Origin: Paramicrosporidium saccamoebae KSL3
Lineage: Eukaryota; Fungi; Cryptomycota
Reading direction: 5' to 3'
NCBI GenBank assembly: GCA_002794465.1
Contig: MTSL01000151.1
Coordinates: 1 to 27,168, forward strand
DNA: 27,168 bases
Below the pieces are notes generated by a model. That model worked only from the letters and a program-made list of their open reading frames with translations. It was not told the DNA's origin and did not search any database. Both the position numbers and the translations under genes were made by a program. Shown here in pieces: positions 27,159 to 27,168 of this stretch (position 1 is its first letter; the number at the start of each line of letters is the position of its first letter).

Positions 27159-27168
27159 CCCCCCCCCC
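27159..27168 (+). repeat. Poly-C run at the window end (possible assembly break)
   Basis: Ten C residues end the sequence; no telomeric repeat is visible. Confidence 0.6.

Overview
Gene-dense eukaryotic DNA with about 21 protein-coding genes and one tRNA-Leu(CAG). I could splice out 25 ultra-short introns by hand (28-38 nt, all GTA...YAG). The genes are mostly housekeeping: LSM14/Scd6 (partial), FANCL, proteasome alpha4, GPKOW/Spp2, BOP1/Erb1, THOC3, a cyclin E-like cyclin, Dre2, Ndc1, NOSIP, a fungal-type C2H2 protein, NAC-alpha, RabGGTase-alpha, Tlg2/STX16, Rsp5, Pcf11 and Iks1. Fungal-type genes sit beside genes yeasts lack, introns are tiny, and divergent start codons lie only 19-99 bp apart. 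This suggests a compact early-diverging fungal relative (Rozellomycota / Paramicrosporidium-like); that is inference, not a database result. Most notable observations: a spliced 167-aa coiled-coil protein resembling SYCP3; a protein carrying a TPX2-like Aurora-binding motif; a six-unit array with exact 29-bp period and free 9-bp linkers; two pairs of diverged dispersed repeats, one bracketing tRNA-Leu+BOP1 and one bracketing IKS1; and a signal-peptide orphan next to 38-bp tandem repeats at the right end. All homology calls come from remembered family motifs and manual alignment; no searches were run.
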